This document shows positions 1 through 8,870 of a stretch of DNA of 64,000 bases, piece by piece. Under the pieces are notes generated by a model that saw only the letters and a program-made list of their open reading frames with translations, made no database searches and was not told the DNA's origin. The translations under genes were made by a program, and so were the position numbers. How positions within the stretch are numbered: position 1 is the stretch's first letter; each line of letters begins with the position of its first letter. Source of the stretch: Bacteroidales bacterium (GTDB lineage: Bacteria > Bacteroidota > Bacteroidia > Bacteroidales > WCHB1-69); assembly GCA_017551725.1 (NCBI GenBank), contig JAFZKY010000014.1, positions 2,721 to 66,720 of the forward strand. The letters run 5' to 3'.

Positions 1-672
1 GATTTCAATTGGGATGCCATCTTCCATGATGCCACATGGTTCCATTTCACGGGTATCACACCCGCATTGAGCGATAATGCCGCAACCCTTTGTCTTGCAG
101 CATGCAAAGCGGCAAAAAACAAGGGTTTGACCATCAGTTGCGACCTCAATTATCGGTCAAAACTTTGGAGCAGGGAAAAGTCAAACAAAGTGATGACCGA
201 GTTGTGCCAATATGTGGATATTTGCATAGCCAACGAAGCGGATGCCGCTGACGTATTCGGAATCAAAGCCGAACAGTGCGATGTGAACAACGGCATTCTT
301 AATGAACAATCCTACCTTTCAGTAGCCCAACAGCTACAAAAGAAATTTGGCTTCAAACAAGTGGCTATCACCTTACGGGAATCCATCTCTGCCAGTGACA
401 ACAACTGGTCAGCAATCCTTTGGGATGGCGACAACATCCATACAAGCTGCAAATATCCCATCCATCTCGTTGACCGCATTGGCGGCGGTGATTCTTTCGG
501 TGCTGGATTGATTTACGCTACGATGGCTGGCTTTGACCCCCAACACGCTCTGGACTTCGCCGTCGCCGCCAGCTGCCTGAAGCAAACCATCGAAGGGGAT
601 TTCAACCTCGTGACAGTGGATGAGGTGGAATCTCTTGTTAAGGGGAACCATTCGGGAAGAATTTCAAGATAG
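1..672 (+). CDS. kdgK: PfkB-family sugar kinase, 2-dehydro-3-deoxygluconokinase-like (5' end cut by window edge)
   Basis: Frame 1 is open from base 1. C-terminal PfkB signature DRIGGGDSFGAGLIYA is present. The stop is at 670-672. Confidence 0.75.
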   Translation, partial: DFNWDAIFHDATWFHFTGITPALSDNAATLCLAACKAAKNKGLTISCDLNYRSKLWSREKSNKVMTELCQYVDICIANEADAADVFGIKAEQCDVNNGILNEQSYLSVAQQLQKKFGFKQVAITLRESISASDNNWSAILWDGDNIHTSCKYPIHLVDRIGGGDSFGAGLIYATMAGFDPQHALDFAVAASCLKQTIEGDFNLVTVDEVESLVKGNHSGRISR

Positions 673-691
673 ACCATATAAATGATTTTTT

Positions 692-2506
692 ATGATAAAG
701 GTAAGTGACTTTATTTTTCAACATCTGGTTAACAAACACAACATTCACCATTGTTTCATGGTGACGGGTGGCGGAGCCATGCACTTGAATGATTCCATTG
801 GCCACACTCCCGGCCTGACCTATATTTGCAATCACCATGAACAGGCTTCCGCCATTGCCGGAGAGGGTTACTTCCGGGCTTGCGGCAAGCTGGCCGTGAC
901 GTGCGTCACAACCGGACCCGGCGGCACCAATGCCGTTACAGGTGTCCTTGGACAATTTCTTGATTCCATTCCCGGATTGTATATTTCCGGCCAAATCAAG
1001 ACTTCTACATACAAACACACTTACCCTTATCTGAATTTGCGGCAGTTGGGTGATCAGGAGGCAGATATTGTTTCCATTGTCACACCCATTACAAAGTATG
1101 CCAAGACCATTTATAATCCGTTGGATATAAAATACGAATTGGATAAAGCCATTGCCATCGCTTTGGATGGCCGGCCCGGACCCGTTTGGCTGGATATTCC
1201 CTTGGACGTACAAGGTGCCACCGTTGACGAGACCCAATTCCGGGAGTTTGACGCCGCTGCCGAAATAATCGACCCTGTCAAACATTCGTTGGTGGATGAA
1301 CAAATCAAACAGCTTATAGAAAAAATCAAAGGGGCGAAAAGTCCTGTCATTTACGTGGGTAATGGCGTTCGCCTGGCCAAGCGGGAGAAGGAATTTGTCC
1401 GACTGGCGGAAAGCCTGAATATTCCAGTTGTTACCGCTATCAGCGGTTCCGACATCATCTGGCACAATCATCCTCTTTGCTATGGCAAACCCGGTATTTG
1501 CGGCGACCGCATCGGCAATCTCATGGTGCAGAATTCCGACTTGCTTATCATACTCGGCACAAGATTGAGCATCCGGCAAGTGGGTTATGCTTACGATCTT
1601 TTGGCTCCAAAAGCATATAAAGTCATGGTGGATGTGGATCTGGCAGAAATGCAAAAGCCCACTTTGAACATTGACATGCCCATCCATGTAAACCTTTCAG
1701 AATTTATGGATAAGATGCTTGTCGCTCTTGGAAACGAAACGACACTGCCCGATTTTAAAGAGTGGCGGGAATGGGGAAGAACCATTGAAAGCAAGCTGCC
1801 CACACTGTTTGATGACAATCCGGACTGCGAAGGATATGCCAATTCGTATAAGTTCGCCGATGAACTCTTCAAACAGCTGAAAGATGGTGATGTGGTTGTT
1901 ACAGGCAATGGAACCGCCTACACCTGCACCTATCAGGCGATGCGCGTGAACATGGGCGTCCGTGTTTTTGCCAACCAGGGTTGCGCCGCCATGGGCTACG
2001 GACTCCCCGCCTCCATCGGGGCATGTGTGAGCAACAACAATGGGAAAACCATTTGCGTGACTGGCGACGGTTCCATTCAAATGAACATTCAGGAACTTCA
2101 AACCATTGTCACAAACAAACTGCCACTGAAAATCTTCGTGCTGGAAAATGAGAGCTATCTGGCTATCAAGACAACCCAAAAGGCCTTCTTTAACGGGAAT
2201 TTCACGGGAAGCAACCCCACAAGCGGAGTGGTGTGCCCCGACTTGAAACGTATCGCGGAAGCATACGGGATTCCGTTTGTCAGAGTTTCGAGCAATGAGG
2301 CATTGCCTTCCACCATCTCGCAAGTGCTGGATTCCAATGGTGCCTGCATCTGCGAAATCAAAATGCATCCCGAACAAACCCTTTTCCCGAAATCCGCATC
2401 CTTTATGGATAAAAAAACAGGGAAAATGACATCCGCGCCACTTGACAAGATGGCTCCATTCATGCCTGAAGAGCTACAATCACAATGTGTATTCAACGGA
2501 AAATAA
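692..2506 (+). CDS. Thiamine diphosphate-binding enzyme, acetolactate-synthase large-subunit-like
   Basis: 604-aa ORF with ATG start. N-terminal TTGPGGTN and C-terminal ThDP-Mg motif VTGDGSIQMN are present. There are no neighbouring ilv genes. Confidence 0.8.
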   Translation: MIKVSDFIFQHLVNKHNIHHCFMVTGGGAMHLNDSIGHTPGLTYICNHHEQASAIAGEGYFRACGKLAVTCVTTGPGGTNAVTGVLGQFLDSIPGLYISGQIKTSTYKHTYPYLNLRQLGDQEADIVSIVTPITKYAKTIYNPLDIKYELDKAIAIALDGRPGPVWLDIPLDVQGATVDETQFREFDAAAEIIDPVKHSLVDEQIKQLIEKIKGAKSPVIYVGNGVRLAKREKEFVRLAESLNIPVVTAISGSDIIWHNHPLCYGKPGICGDRIGNLMVQNSDLLIILGTRLSIRQVGYAYDLLAPKAYKVMVDVDLAEMQKPTLNIDMPIHVNLSEFMDKMLVALGNETTLPDFKEWREWGRTIESKLPTLFDDNPDCEGYANSYKFADELFKQLKDGDVVVTGNGTAYTCTYQAMRVNMGVRVFANQGCAAMGYGLPASIGACVSNNNGKTICVTGDGSIQMNIQELQTIVTNKLPLKIFVLENESYLAIKTTQKAFFNGNFTGSNPTSGVVCPDLKRIAEAYGIPFVRVSSNEALPSTISQVLDSNGACICEIKMHPEQTLFPKSASFMDKKTGKMTSAPLDKMAPFMPEELQSQCVFNGK

Positions 2507-2523
2507 TAGCACCTGTCTGACCA

Positions 2524-3609
2524 ATGGAATTTGATTATTTAAAAAACAAAATCATTCTTGAAGATATGGAATCCATCTATCATTCAAGAAAAGATTGGGT
2601 GGAATTTTCCAACGCAAGCATATACATATCCGGAGCAACTGGGATGCTTGCATCCTATTTGGTACTGTTTTTTATTTACCTGAATGAGCATCACAATCAA
2701 AACATATCGATTTATGCAGGTATCCGAAATATTGGAAAAGCGGAAAAGATTTTTGGAACCTACAGCCAACGCCCTTATATTCACTGGATTGTTTCCGACA
2801 TAACGCTTCCTTTCACCTTGGACACCCAATTGGATTATGTCATACACGCTGCCAGTCTTGCAAGTCCACAATACTATGGTGGTTCACCCGTTGAAACCAT
2901 GCTGCCCAACATCGTCGGCACCAATGAATTGCTGAAATGGTGCCGTTCTTTTCCCGTCAAAAGTTTCCTGTTTTTCAGTTCCGGTGCGGTTTATGGCACG
3001 GTTAAAAATTTGCCAGCCATTTCCGAATCCGCAATTGGGACGATGGATTTTCTAGCCGATGGGAATGTATATGGTGAGAGCAAGCGCTGCGGAGAAGCCT
3101 TGTGCCATGCCTACTTCAAAGAATACAGTATTCCCACCAAATGTGCGCGAATCCATCATACCTATTCCCCGACAATGGATATTGCTTATGACAAACGGGC
3201 CTTTTCGGAATTCGTGAGCAACATTGTGCATGGAGAGGATATCGTCCTGAAAAGTGACGGAAGTGCCAAACGGTCTTTTTGTTACATAACGGACGGATTG
3301 TCTGCCCTGCTAAAGATTCTGTTGGACGGGAAAAATGGGGAAAGCTACAATGTCGGCAACAACAAGGAGTATGTCAGCATCCGGGAATTGGCTGAATTGC
3401 TGGTATCCCTTTTTCCTGAAAAAAAATTGAAGCTCTCGGTCAGCGCAAGAATCGAAAGCGGTTATCAGTCTATCCCTGAAAACCAGAGTATCCCTCTTGA
3501 CATCAAAAAATTAAATAAATTAGGCTGGGTCCCGACAGTCACCATTAAAGAGGGATTTTATCGGACCATTTGCTTTATAGAACAAAAAAACAACACTATA
3601 GATAATTAA
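2524..3609 (+). CDS. NAD-dependent epimerase/dehydratase (extended SDR)
   Basis: Rossmann motif SGATGMLASY and catalytic YGESK (YxxxK) are present. It lies 17 nt after the ThDP gene. Confidence 0.8.
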   Translation: MEFDYLKNKIILEDMESIYHSRKDWVEFSNASIYISGATGMLASYLVLFFIYLNEHHNQNISIYAGIRNIGKAEKIFGTYSQRPYIHWIVSDITLPFTLDTQLDYVIHAASLASPQYYGGSPVETMLPNIVGTNELLKWCRSFPVKSFLFFSSGAVYGTVKNLPAISESAIGTMDFLADGNVYGESKRCGEALCHAYFKEYSIPTKCARIHHTYSPTMDIAYDKRAFSEFVSNIVHGEDIVLKSDGSAKRSFCYITDGLSALLKILLDGKNGESYNVGNNKEYVSIRELAELLVSLFPEKKLKLSVSARIESGYQSIPENQSIPLDIKKLNKLGWVPTVTIKEGFYRTICFIEQKNNTIDN

Positions 3610-3611
3610 TT

Positions 3612-4565
3612 ATGAAAAAAATCAGCATCCTTATCCCCTGCTACAACGAAGAAGAGAATGTCTTTGCCATAAGCGAGGCTGTGACGGAAGAACTGCAGAA
3701 GAGCCTCCCGAATTACGATTACGAGATTGTGTTTATCGACAACGATTCGCAAGACAACACTCGACCGTTAATCCGCGAGATCTGCAAAAACAACCCCAAA
3801 ATCAAGGCCATCTTCAATGCCAAGAATTTCGGACAATTTAACAGTCCATACTACGGGATGCTGCAAACCACGGGCGACTGCACCATCGCCTTGTGCTGCG
3901 ACTTCCAGGACCCCGTGGAAATGATACCCCAAATGGTGAAGACGTGGGAAAACGGGGCGAAAATCGTTTCCTGCATCAAAACCAAAAGCAAGGAGAATCC
4001 CATTATGCGCTTTTTCCGCACCATCTACTACAAAATCATCAAGAAGATGTCTTCCGTGGACCAGATCGAGCACTTCACGGGCTTTGGACTTTACGACAAG
4101 AGCTTTATTGAAGTGCTGCGCAATCTGAAAGACCCCACCCCATTCATCCGGGGTATCGTGGCCGAACTGGGCTACAAACGGGTGGACCTCGAATACACAC
4201 AGGCCAAGCGCCGTGCGGGGAAAACCAAAAACAATTTCTTCACTTTGTTCGACGCCGCCATGCTCAGCTTTACCTCTTATACAAAAATCGGACTTCATTT
4301 AGTGACCATCGCCGGTATGGTGATATCGGTTCTCTCTTTCCTTGCTGCACTTTTTTATCTTGTATATAAACTACTATTTTGGAACTCTTTCTCTGCGGGC
4401 CTGGCTCCTTTGGTTGTGGGCATGTTTTTCTTCAGTGGATTACAACTGCTCTTCATCGGTTTCGTGGGGGAATACGTGATGAGCATCAACACCCGCGTGA
4501 TGAACCGACCGTTGGTCATCGAAGAGGAACGGATCAACTTTGATACGGATGAAAACGAAAATTAG
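3612..4565 (+). CDS. GT2 glycosyltransferase, polyprenyl-phosphate sugar transferase type (DPM1/ArnC/GtrB-like) with C-terminal TM helices
   Basis: Motifs ILIPCYNEEEN, IDNDSQDNT and CDFQDP are present, followed by two hydrophobic C-terminal helices. Confidence 0.8.
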   Translation: MKKISILIPCYNEEENVFAISEAVTEELQKSLPNYDYEIVFIDNDSQDNTRPLIREICKNNPKIKAIFNAKNFGQFNSPYYGMLQTTGDCTIALCCDFQDPVEMIPQMVKTWENGAKIVSCIKTKSKENPIMRFFRTIYYKIIKKMSSVDQIEHFTGFGLYDKSFIEVLRNLKDPTPFIRGIVAELGYKRVDLEYTQAKRRAGKTKNNFFTLFDAAMLSFTSYTKIGLHLVTIAGMVISVLSFLAALFYLVYKLLFWNSFSAGLAPLVVGMFFFSGLQLLFIGFVGEYVMSINTRVMNRPLVIEEERINFDTDENEN

Positions 4566-4610
4566 CAATCCCTCAACCATAAAACTTTTCAACTTAAAAA
4601 TAACACGATT

Positions 4611-7379
4611 ATGAGTTCCAATAATTCAAAAAAGCAGCCTAAAAAGAATAATTCAAACTTAGGAACAACTAAGCCCAACGACCTGAAACTCGCCAATAGC
4701 GAATTAGTTTCCAGTATCGTACAATGGTCTTTCTGCATCGTTTGCACCATCCTGCTATTTTGCGGATTGGGACTTCTTATTTCTAACGTTTACCATCCCG
4801 AGACCGACAGCATTGTGCAGGCTGCTTTAGAAAAATGTATTGTTGCAGATTTCCAACCGGAACCAGTGGAAGCCCTGTTGTTCCGAACAGGACTGGTTTT
4901 TATCCCCTGCTGTCTTCTTGTCTTTTACTTTCTCTCTACGCGTCCCTTCTTCAAAAAAATAGTTCAAAACAAAGGCTTGGCATATACCCTGGTCATCTTA
5001 GCATCAGCAGGCATTGCTTTCTTGGGATATTATGTATTTGCTCAGGACAATCCCACCTATCTTGAAACACTTGGAAGGTTACACAACGAGCGGGACCGTC
5101 TGGCGGTCACCAATTATGATTTCTTCTTCAAAGACACCTTCCTTGAGACTCATCTAGCCCAATATTTCCTGTTATGGGTATCCTTGTTACTCTTATTCTA
5201 TCTGTTTGTGATCAAATTTGTTCGGGGAATCGGATCCAAGGTATATAAAATCTTATCTTCCGTTGTGCTTTTTGTGTTTGCCGGCATTATCATGATTCAG
5301 ATTTTCAACATGATGCACTTTGACATGCCGCTGAACTGGGAAAACCAATTCGATTTTAATGCCGTGTATTATTCGGTCACCCAAGTGAATGCAGGCAGTC
5401 AGTTGTTTGTAAATGGCTTTACAAATATTTATGGATTGTATCCGCATTTTCTACAACCCTTTTTCAATCTCTTCGGTCTTTCCGTCGCACACTTTACACT
5501 CTTGATGAGCATATTGATTGTTTTTACATTTGCATCCATTTTGTTATTTTTATATACCACCGTACAAGACAAGATCATCGCACTTCTTGGGTTTGCTTCT
5601 TGCCTGTATTTCCCCTATCTATTGAATCGGTTGGTCATGAACTTCGATGCCACTTTTGCCATTTTCCCCATCCGAACCACTCCAGTAGCATTATTGCTTC
5701 TAACCGTTTCCCTTTTCTTGGTAGCTGCAAAGAAAAATAAACAACTGTCTCAAAGAATTGTTTATTACGCAGGTACAGTTTTGATGGCTTTCGGCGTTAT
5801 CTGGAACTTCGAGTTTGGACTGGTGTCCTATCTCTCCTGGCTTGCATTTTTATGCTACTACGATTTTTTCACTTCCGATAAAAAATTCAACTGGAAAAAA
5901 ATCCTGTTCCATTTTGGAGTATGGATTGTCATATTACTGCTGGATTTTGGTTGTTATGCTATAATTCAACGGATACAATACGGACAGTCCCCCGATTTTA
6001 GCTTACTCACCTCCACGCTATCTGTTTTTGGGTCCATGGGATTCTTCATGTTGCCCATGCCGCTGTTCCACCCGTGGATGTTGCTCGTCCTTGTCCATAT
6101 CCTTTGCTTGGTGTATGCTGTCAGCCGACTTTTCAAAAAGGACATCACACCAAAATCCGCCGCCATATTCCTGATGGCAATTTTGGGATGCGGCCTCTTC
6201 GCATACTATCAGGGCAGAAGCCACAACTGGCCTTTTGTCACCAGTCTGCTTCCAGGTCTCATCGAACTCACACTGCTTACCGACGAATTATGGGCAACCT
6301 TCAAACGCACGAACAATTTCATATTAACCCCGCTGCTGTATTTGTGCTTTGCCTGCCTGTTTCTTTCAACCATCAGTCTTGGCGCGGCCTCTTCCGACAT
6401 CAGTAAATTGGCCAACCAAACGGTCAAGAAAGAACTGAAACCTTCCTACACCCAAGAGAAGAAATACATCAACAACGTCAACCATTTCATTGATTCCTGC
6501 GACATCTCTTCCGACCGCGTCATACTGCTTTGTTCCAACAAATACCAGGGATTGTTCATGCAGGACAAGCGGATGCGTTCTGCCGTCAATCCGGGAATTC
6601 TGGATTTGTTTTATAAAACGGATGCAGAACGATATGTGACTGCCCTTGCCGATTCCGCATACGATGTGTTTTTAGGCAACAATTTCTATTATCCCTATCT
6701 GTCAGACATCCGAACCGTTTTGGTTTCGGAATACCAAGTGGTGGACCGGCTTTATGACACAACCGCTCTGATTTTCGCCCACTTGCAGAAGCGAAATGTA
6801 TCTGCACCCGAAACGCCCTTCTTTTCAGAAACGCCATCCACTCTCCTGCACGAGAAATTCGTAAAAGATTCCACCTACTACAAACGGTTATGCACGCTGT
6901 CGCAACAAGGCGAAGACAGTTTGAACATTCCCAGCACTTTTACCGTGCAGTTGTTGTTCCGTCCGGACAGCTTGCAATTCTACCAATATCCCATGCTATG
7001 CGCCAACAACACCGACAGCACAGGCTTCGCCATCTTCCACACAGGGAAAAAGGAAAAACCTGATGAATACTATATCAATCTTGGCAATATTGGATTCCCC
7101 ATACAATTACAGCCTAACAAATGGCATTATCTCACGGTAGTTTTTTCCGGGCCACAAGTTTATGCCTACGACAACGGACAATTGCAAGCTGCCGTCATGT
7201 TCCCTTCTGCCTATCAAAAATCTGCCAACAACTTATACGTCGGTAACAATGGGTCTCTTCGACACTTCTCCGGTATAATCAACGAAGTTTCTGTCTCTTC
7301 CGGCACGCTGTCGGCACAAGAAATCGCAAGCACCTGGCAGAAAATCAATTCCTGGATATCCCAAAACCGCCCGCAATAG
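4611..7379 (+). CDS. Large polytopic membrane protein with C-terminal LamG/concanavalin-like domain (possible GT-C-type transferase)
   Basis: 922-aa ORF. The first ~600 aa hold more than 10 hydrophobic segments. The C-terminal ~180 aa resemble a LamG jelly-roll (YLTVVFSG...LYVGNNG...FSGIINEVSV). Confidence 0.6.
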   Translation: MSSNNSKKQPKKNNSNLGTTKPNDLKLANSELVSSIVQWSFCIVCTILLFCGLGLLISNVYHPETDSIVQAALEKCIVADFQPEPVEALLFRTGLVFIPCCLLVFYFLSTRPFFKKIVQNKGLAYTLVILASAGIAFLGYYVFAQDNPTYLETLGRLHNERDRLAVTNYDFFFKDTFLETHLAQYFLLWVSLLLLFYLFVIKFVRGIGSKVYKILSSVVLFVFAGIIMIQIFNMMHFDMPLNWENQFDFNAVYYSVTQVNAGSQLFVNGFTNIYGLYPHFLQPFFNLFGLSVAHFTLLMSILIVFTFASILLFLYTTVQDKIIALLGFASCLYFPYLLNRLVMNFDATFAIFPIRTTPVALLLLTVSLFLVAAKKNKQLSQRIVYYAGTVLMAFGVIWNFEFGLVSYLSWLAFLCYYDFFTSDKKFNWKKILFHFGVWIVILLLDFGCYAIIQRIQYGQSPDFSLLTSTLSVFGSMGFFMLPMPLFHPWMLLVLVHILCLVYAVSRLFKKDITPKSAAIFLMAILGCGLFAYYQGRSHNWPFVTSLLPGLIELTLLTDELWATFKRTNNFILTPLLYLCFACLFLSTISLGAASSDISKLANQTVKKELKPSYTQEKKYINNVNHFIDSCDISSDRVILLCSNKYQGLFMQDKRMRSAVNPGILDLFYKTDAERYVTALADSAYDVFLGNNFYYPYLSDIRTVLVSEYQVVDRLYDTTALIFAHLQKRNVSAPETPFFSETPSTLLHEKFVKDSTYYKRLCTLSQQGEDSLNIPSTFTVQLLFRPDSLQFYQYPMLCANNTDSTGFAIFHTGKKEKPDEYYINLGNIGFPIQLQPNKWHYLTVVFSGPQVYAYDNGQLQAAVMFPSAYQKSANNLYVGNNGSLRHFSGIINEVSVSSGTLSAQEIASTWQKINSWISQNRPQ

Positions 7380-7438
7380 GACAAACACATTTTTTCGTAT
7401 CTTTGCCGCTGATTCTTAATCACACATCAATATGGGGA

Positions 7439-7846
7439 ATGGATAAATTGACGCAACTGATAAAAACCCTTTATGCCAAATACCGCAACTTCATCCTCTA
7501 TTGCGTGATTGGCGTGATCAACACGGGAGTGGATTTCGGCGTGTTCGCACTATTGGACTATATGGGACTGCATTATCTGGCGGCTCATACAATCAGTTAT
7601 CACTGCGGAATATTCTGCAGCTTCTTCCTAAATCGCTATTATAACTTTAAAGTCAAGGACAAACCCGCCCAACGATTCCTCTCTTTTTACGGCATCAGCC
7701 TACTGGCATTGGGTGGCAGTGCCGCATTGCTTTATCTTTTTGTCAACACGATGGGATTACACCATTTGCTGGGAAAACTACTCGCCACCGCCATTATCGT
7801 AGTTTGCCAATTTTTATTTGTAAAACATTTTACCTTCAAAAAATAA
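7439..7846 (+). CDS. GtrA-family membrane protein (polyprenyl-phosphate sugar flippase-like)
   Basis: It has a typical GtrA N-terminus (YCVIGVINTGVDFGVFALL) and four TM segments. The ATG at 7439 is preferred over the TTG at 7403. A TAtcTTTG box lies at 7398-7405. Confidence 0.75.
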   Translation: MDKLTQLIKTLYAKYRNFILYCVIGVINTGVDFGVFALLDYMGLHYLAAHTISYHCGIFCSFFLNRYYNFKVKDKPAQRFLSFYGISLLALGGSAALLYLFVNTMGLHHLLGKLLATAIIVVCQFLFVKHFTFKK

Positions 7847-7855
7847 AACAACATC

Positions 7856-8785
7856 ATGTTATTATCTGTCATTATACCCTGTTACAACGAGGAACTTGTC
7901 ATTCTTGAAACCTATAAAAGGCTCACGGAAGTCATGCAGAAAACGGACATGGACTACGAGTTTGTTTTCATTAACGATGGAAGTCGAGACCAAACATTTC
8001 CTATTCTGTTTCAGTTGTCCCAAGAAGACAATTCCGTGAAGATCATCAATTTCTCACGGAATTTCGGACATCAGTGCGCTGTCACCGCCGGCATCAACAA
8101 CTGCAACGGAGACTTGGCCGTGATCATTGACGCCGACCTGCAAGATCCTCCAGAGGTCATTCTCGACATGCTGGAGATTCAGCGAAAAGAGAATGCGAAT
8201 GTGGTGTATGGCGTCCGCAAAAAACGGGAAGGAGAAAGTTGGTTCAAGCTTGTCACCGCCAAATACTTTTATCGTACTCTGAACAAACTGTCGGATGTCA
8301 AATTTCCCGTTGACACAGGCGATTTCCGGCTCATTGACCGCACAATCATTGATGAATTCAATCGTCTGCACGAAAAGAACAAATACATCCGCGGCCTAAT
8401 CAGTTGGATGGGATACAAGCAACTGCCGTGTTACTATGAACGGAAAGAACGTTTTGCCGGTGAGACCAAGTATCCTCTTAAGAAAATGCTCAAATTCGCC
8501 ACTACAGGATTGCTCTCCTTCTCAAAAAAACCGCTGAAAGTCTCCATTTGGGCAGGTGGCGCCTCTGTGTTAATCGGACTCATCTATGCCCTCGTCATTC
8601 TGATCTTGAAAATTGTCCATCCCGCATCTTTTGTAGTCGGATGGACTTCCATCATCTTCATTGTGATTTTCTTTGGGGGTGTTCAGCTATTGACTATCGG
8701 GATTTTAGGGGAATATATCGGCAACTTGTTTGATGAAGCCAAAGATCGCCCTGAATACATCATCAAAGAAAAAGTCAACCTTTAG
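7856..8785 (+). CDS. GT2 glycosyltransferase, GtrB/ArnC-like polyprenyl-phosphate glycosyltransferase
   Basis: Motifs VIIPCYNEE, INDGSRD and IDADLQDPPE are present, with two C-terminal TM helices. It is a paralog of 3612-4565. Confidence 0.85.
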   Translation: MLLSVIIPCYNEELVILETYKRLTEVMQKTDMDYEFVFINDGSRDQTFPILFQLSQEDNSVKIINFSRNFGHQCAVTAGINNCNGDLAVIIDADLQDPPEVILDMLEIQRKENANVVYGVRKKREGESWFKLVTAKYFYRTLNKLSDVKFPVDTGDFRLIDRTIIDEFNRLHEKNKYIRGLISWMGYKQLPCYYERKERFAGETKYPLKKMLKFATTGLLSFSKKPLKVSIWAGGASVLIGLIYALVILILKIVHPASFVVGWTSIIFIVIFFGGVQLLTIGILGEYIGNLFDEAKDRPEYIIKEKVNL

Positions 8786-8870
8786 CGATTATTGTTCTAC
8801 TTATCAACGTACAAAACGGCACACCATTTTTGTAAAACTATAAACCTGAATCTATTTAACACAAGCGAAC

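Noticed and set aside
638-1687. 349-aa ORF on the minus strand
   Set aside because: It is entirely antisense to the well-supported ThDP enzyme gene. Its composition is Gly/Val/Asn-rich and low-complexity, typical of shadow ORFs in GC-rich coding DNA.
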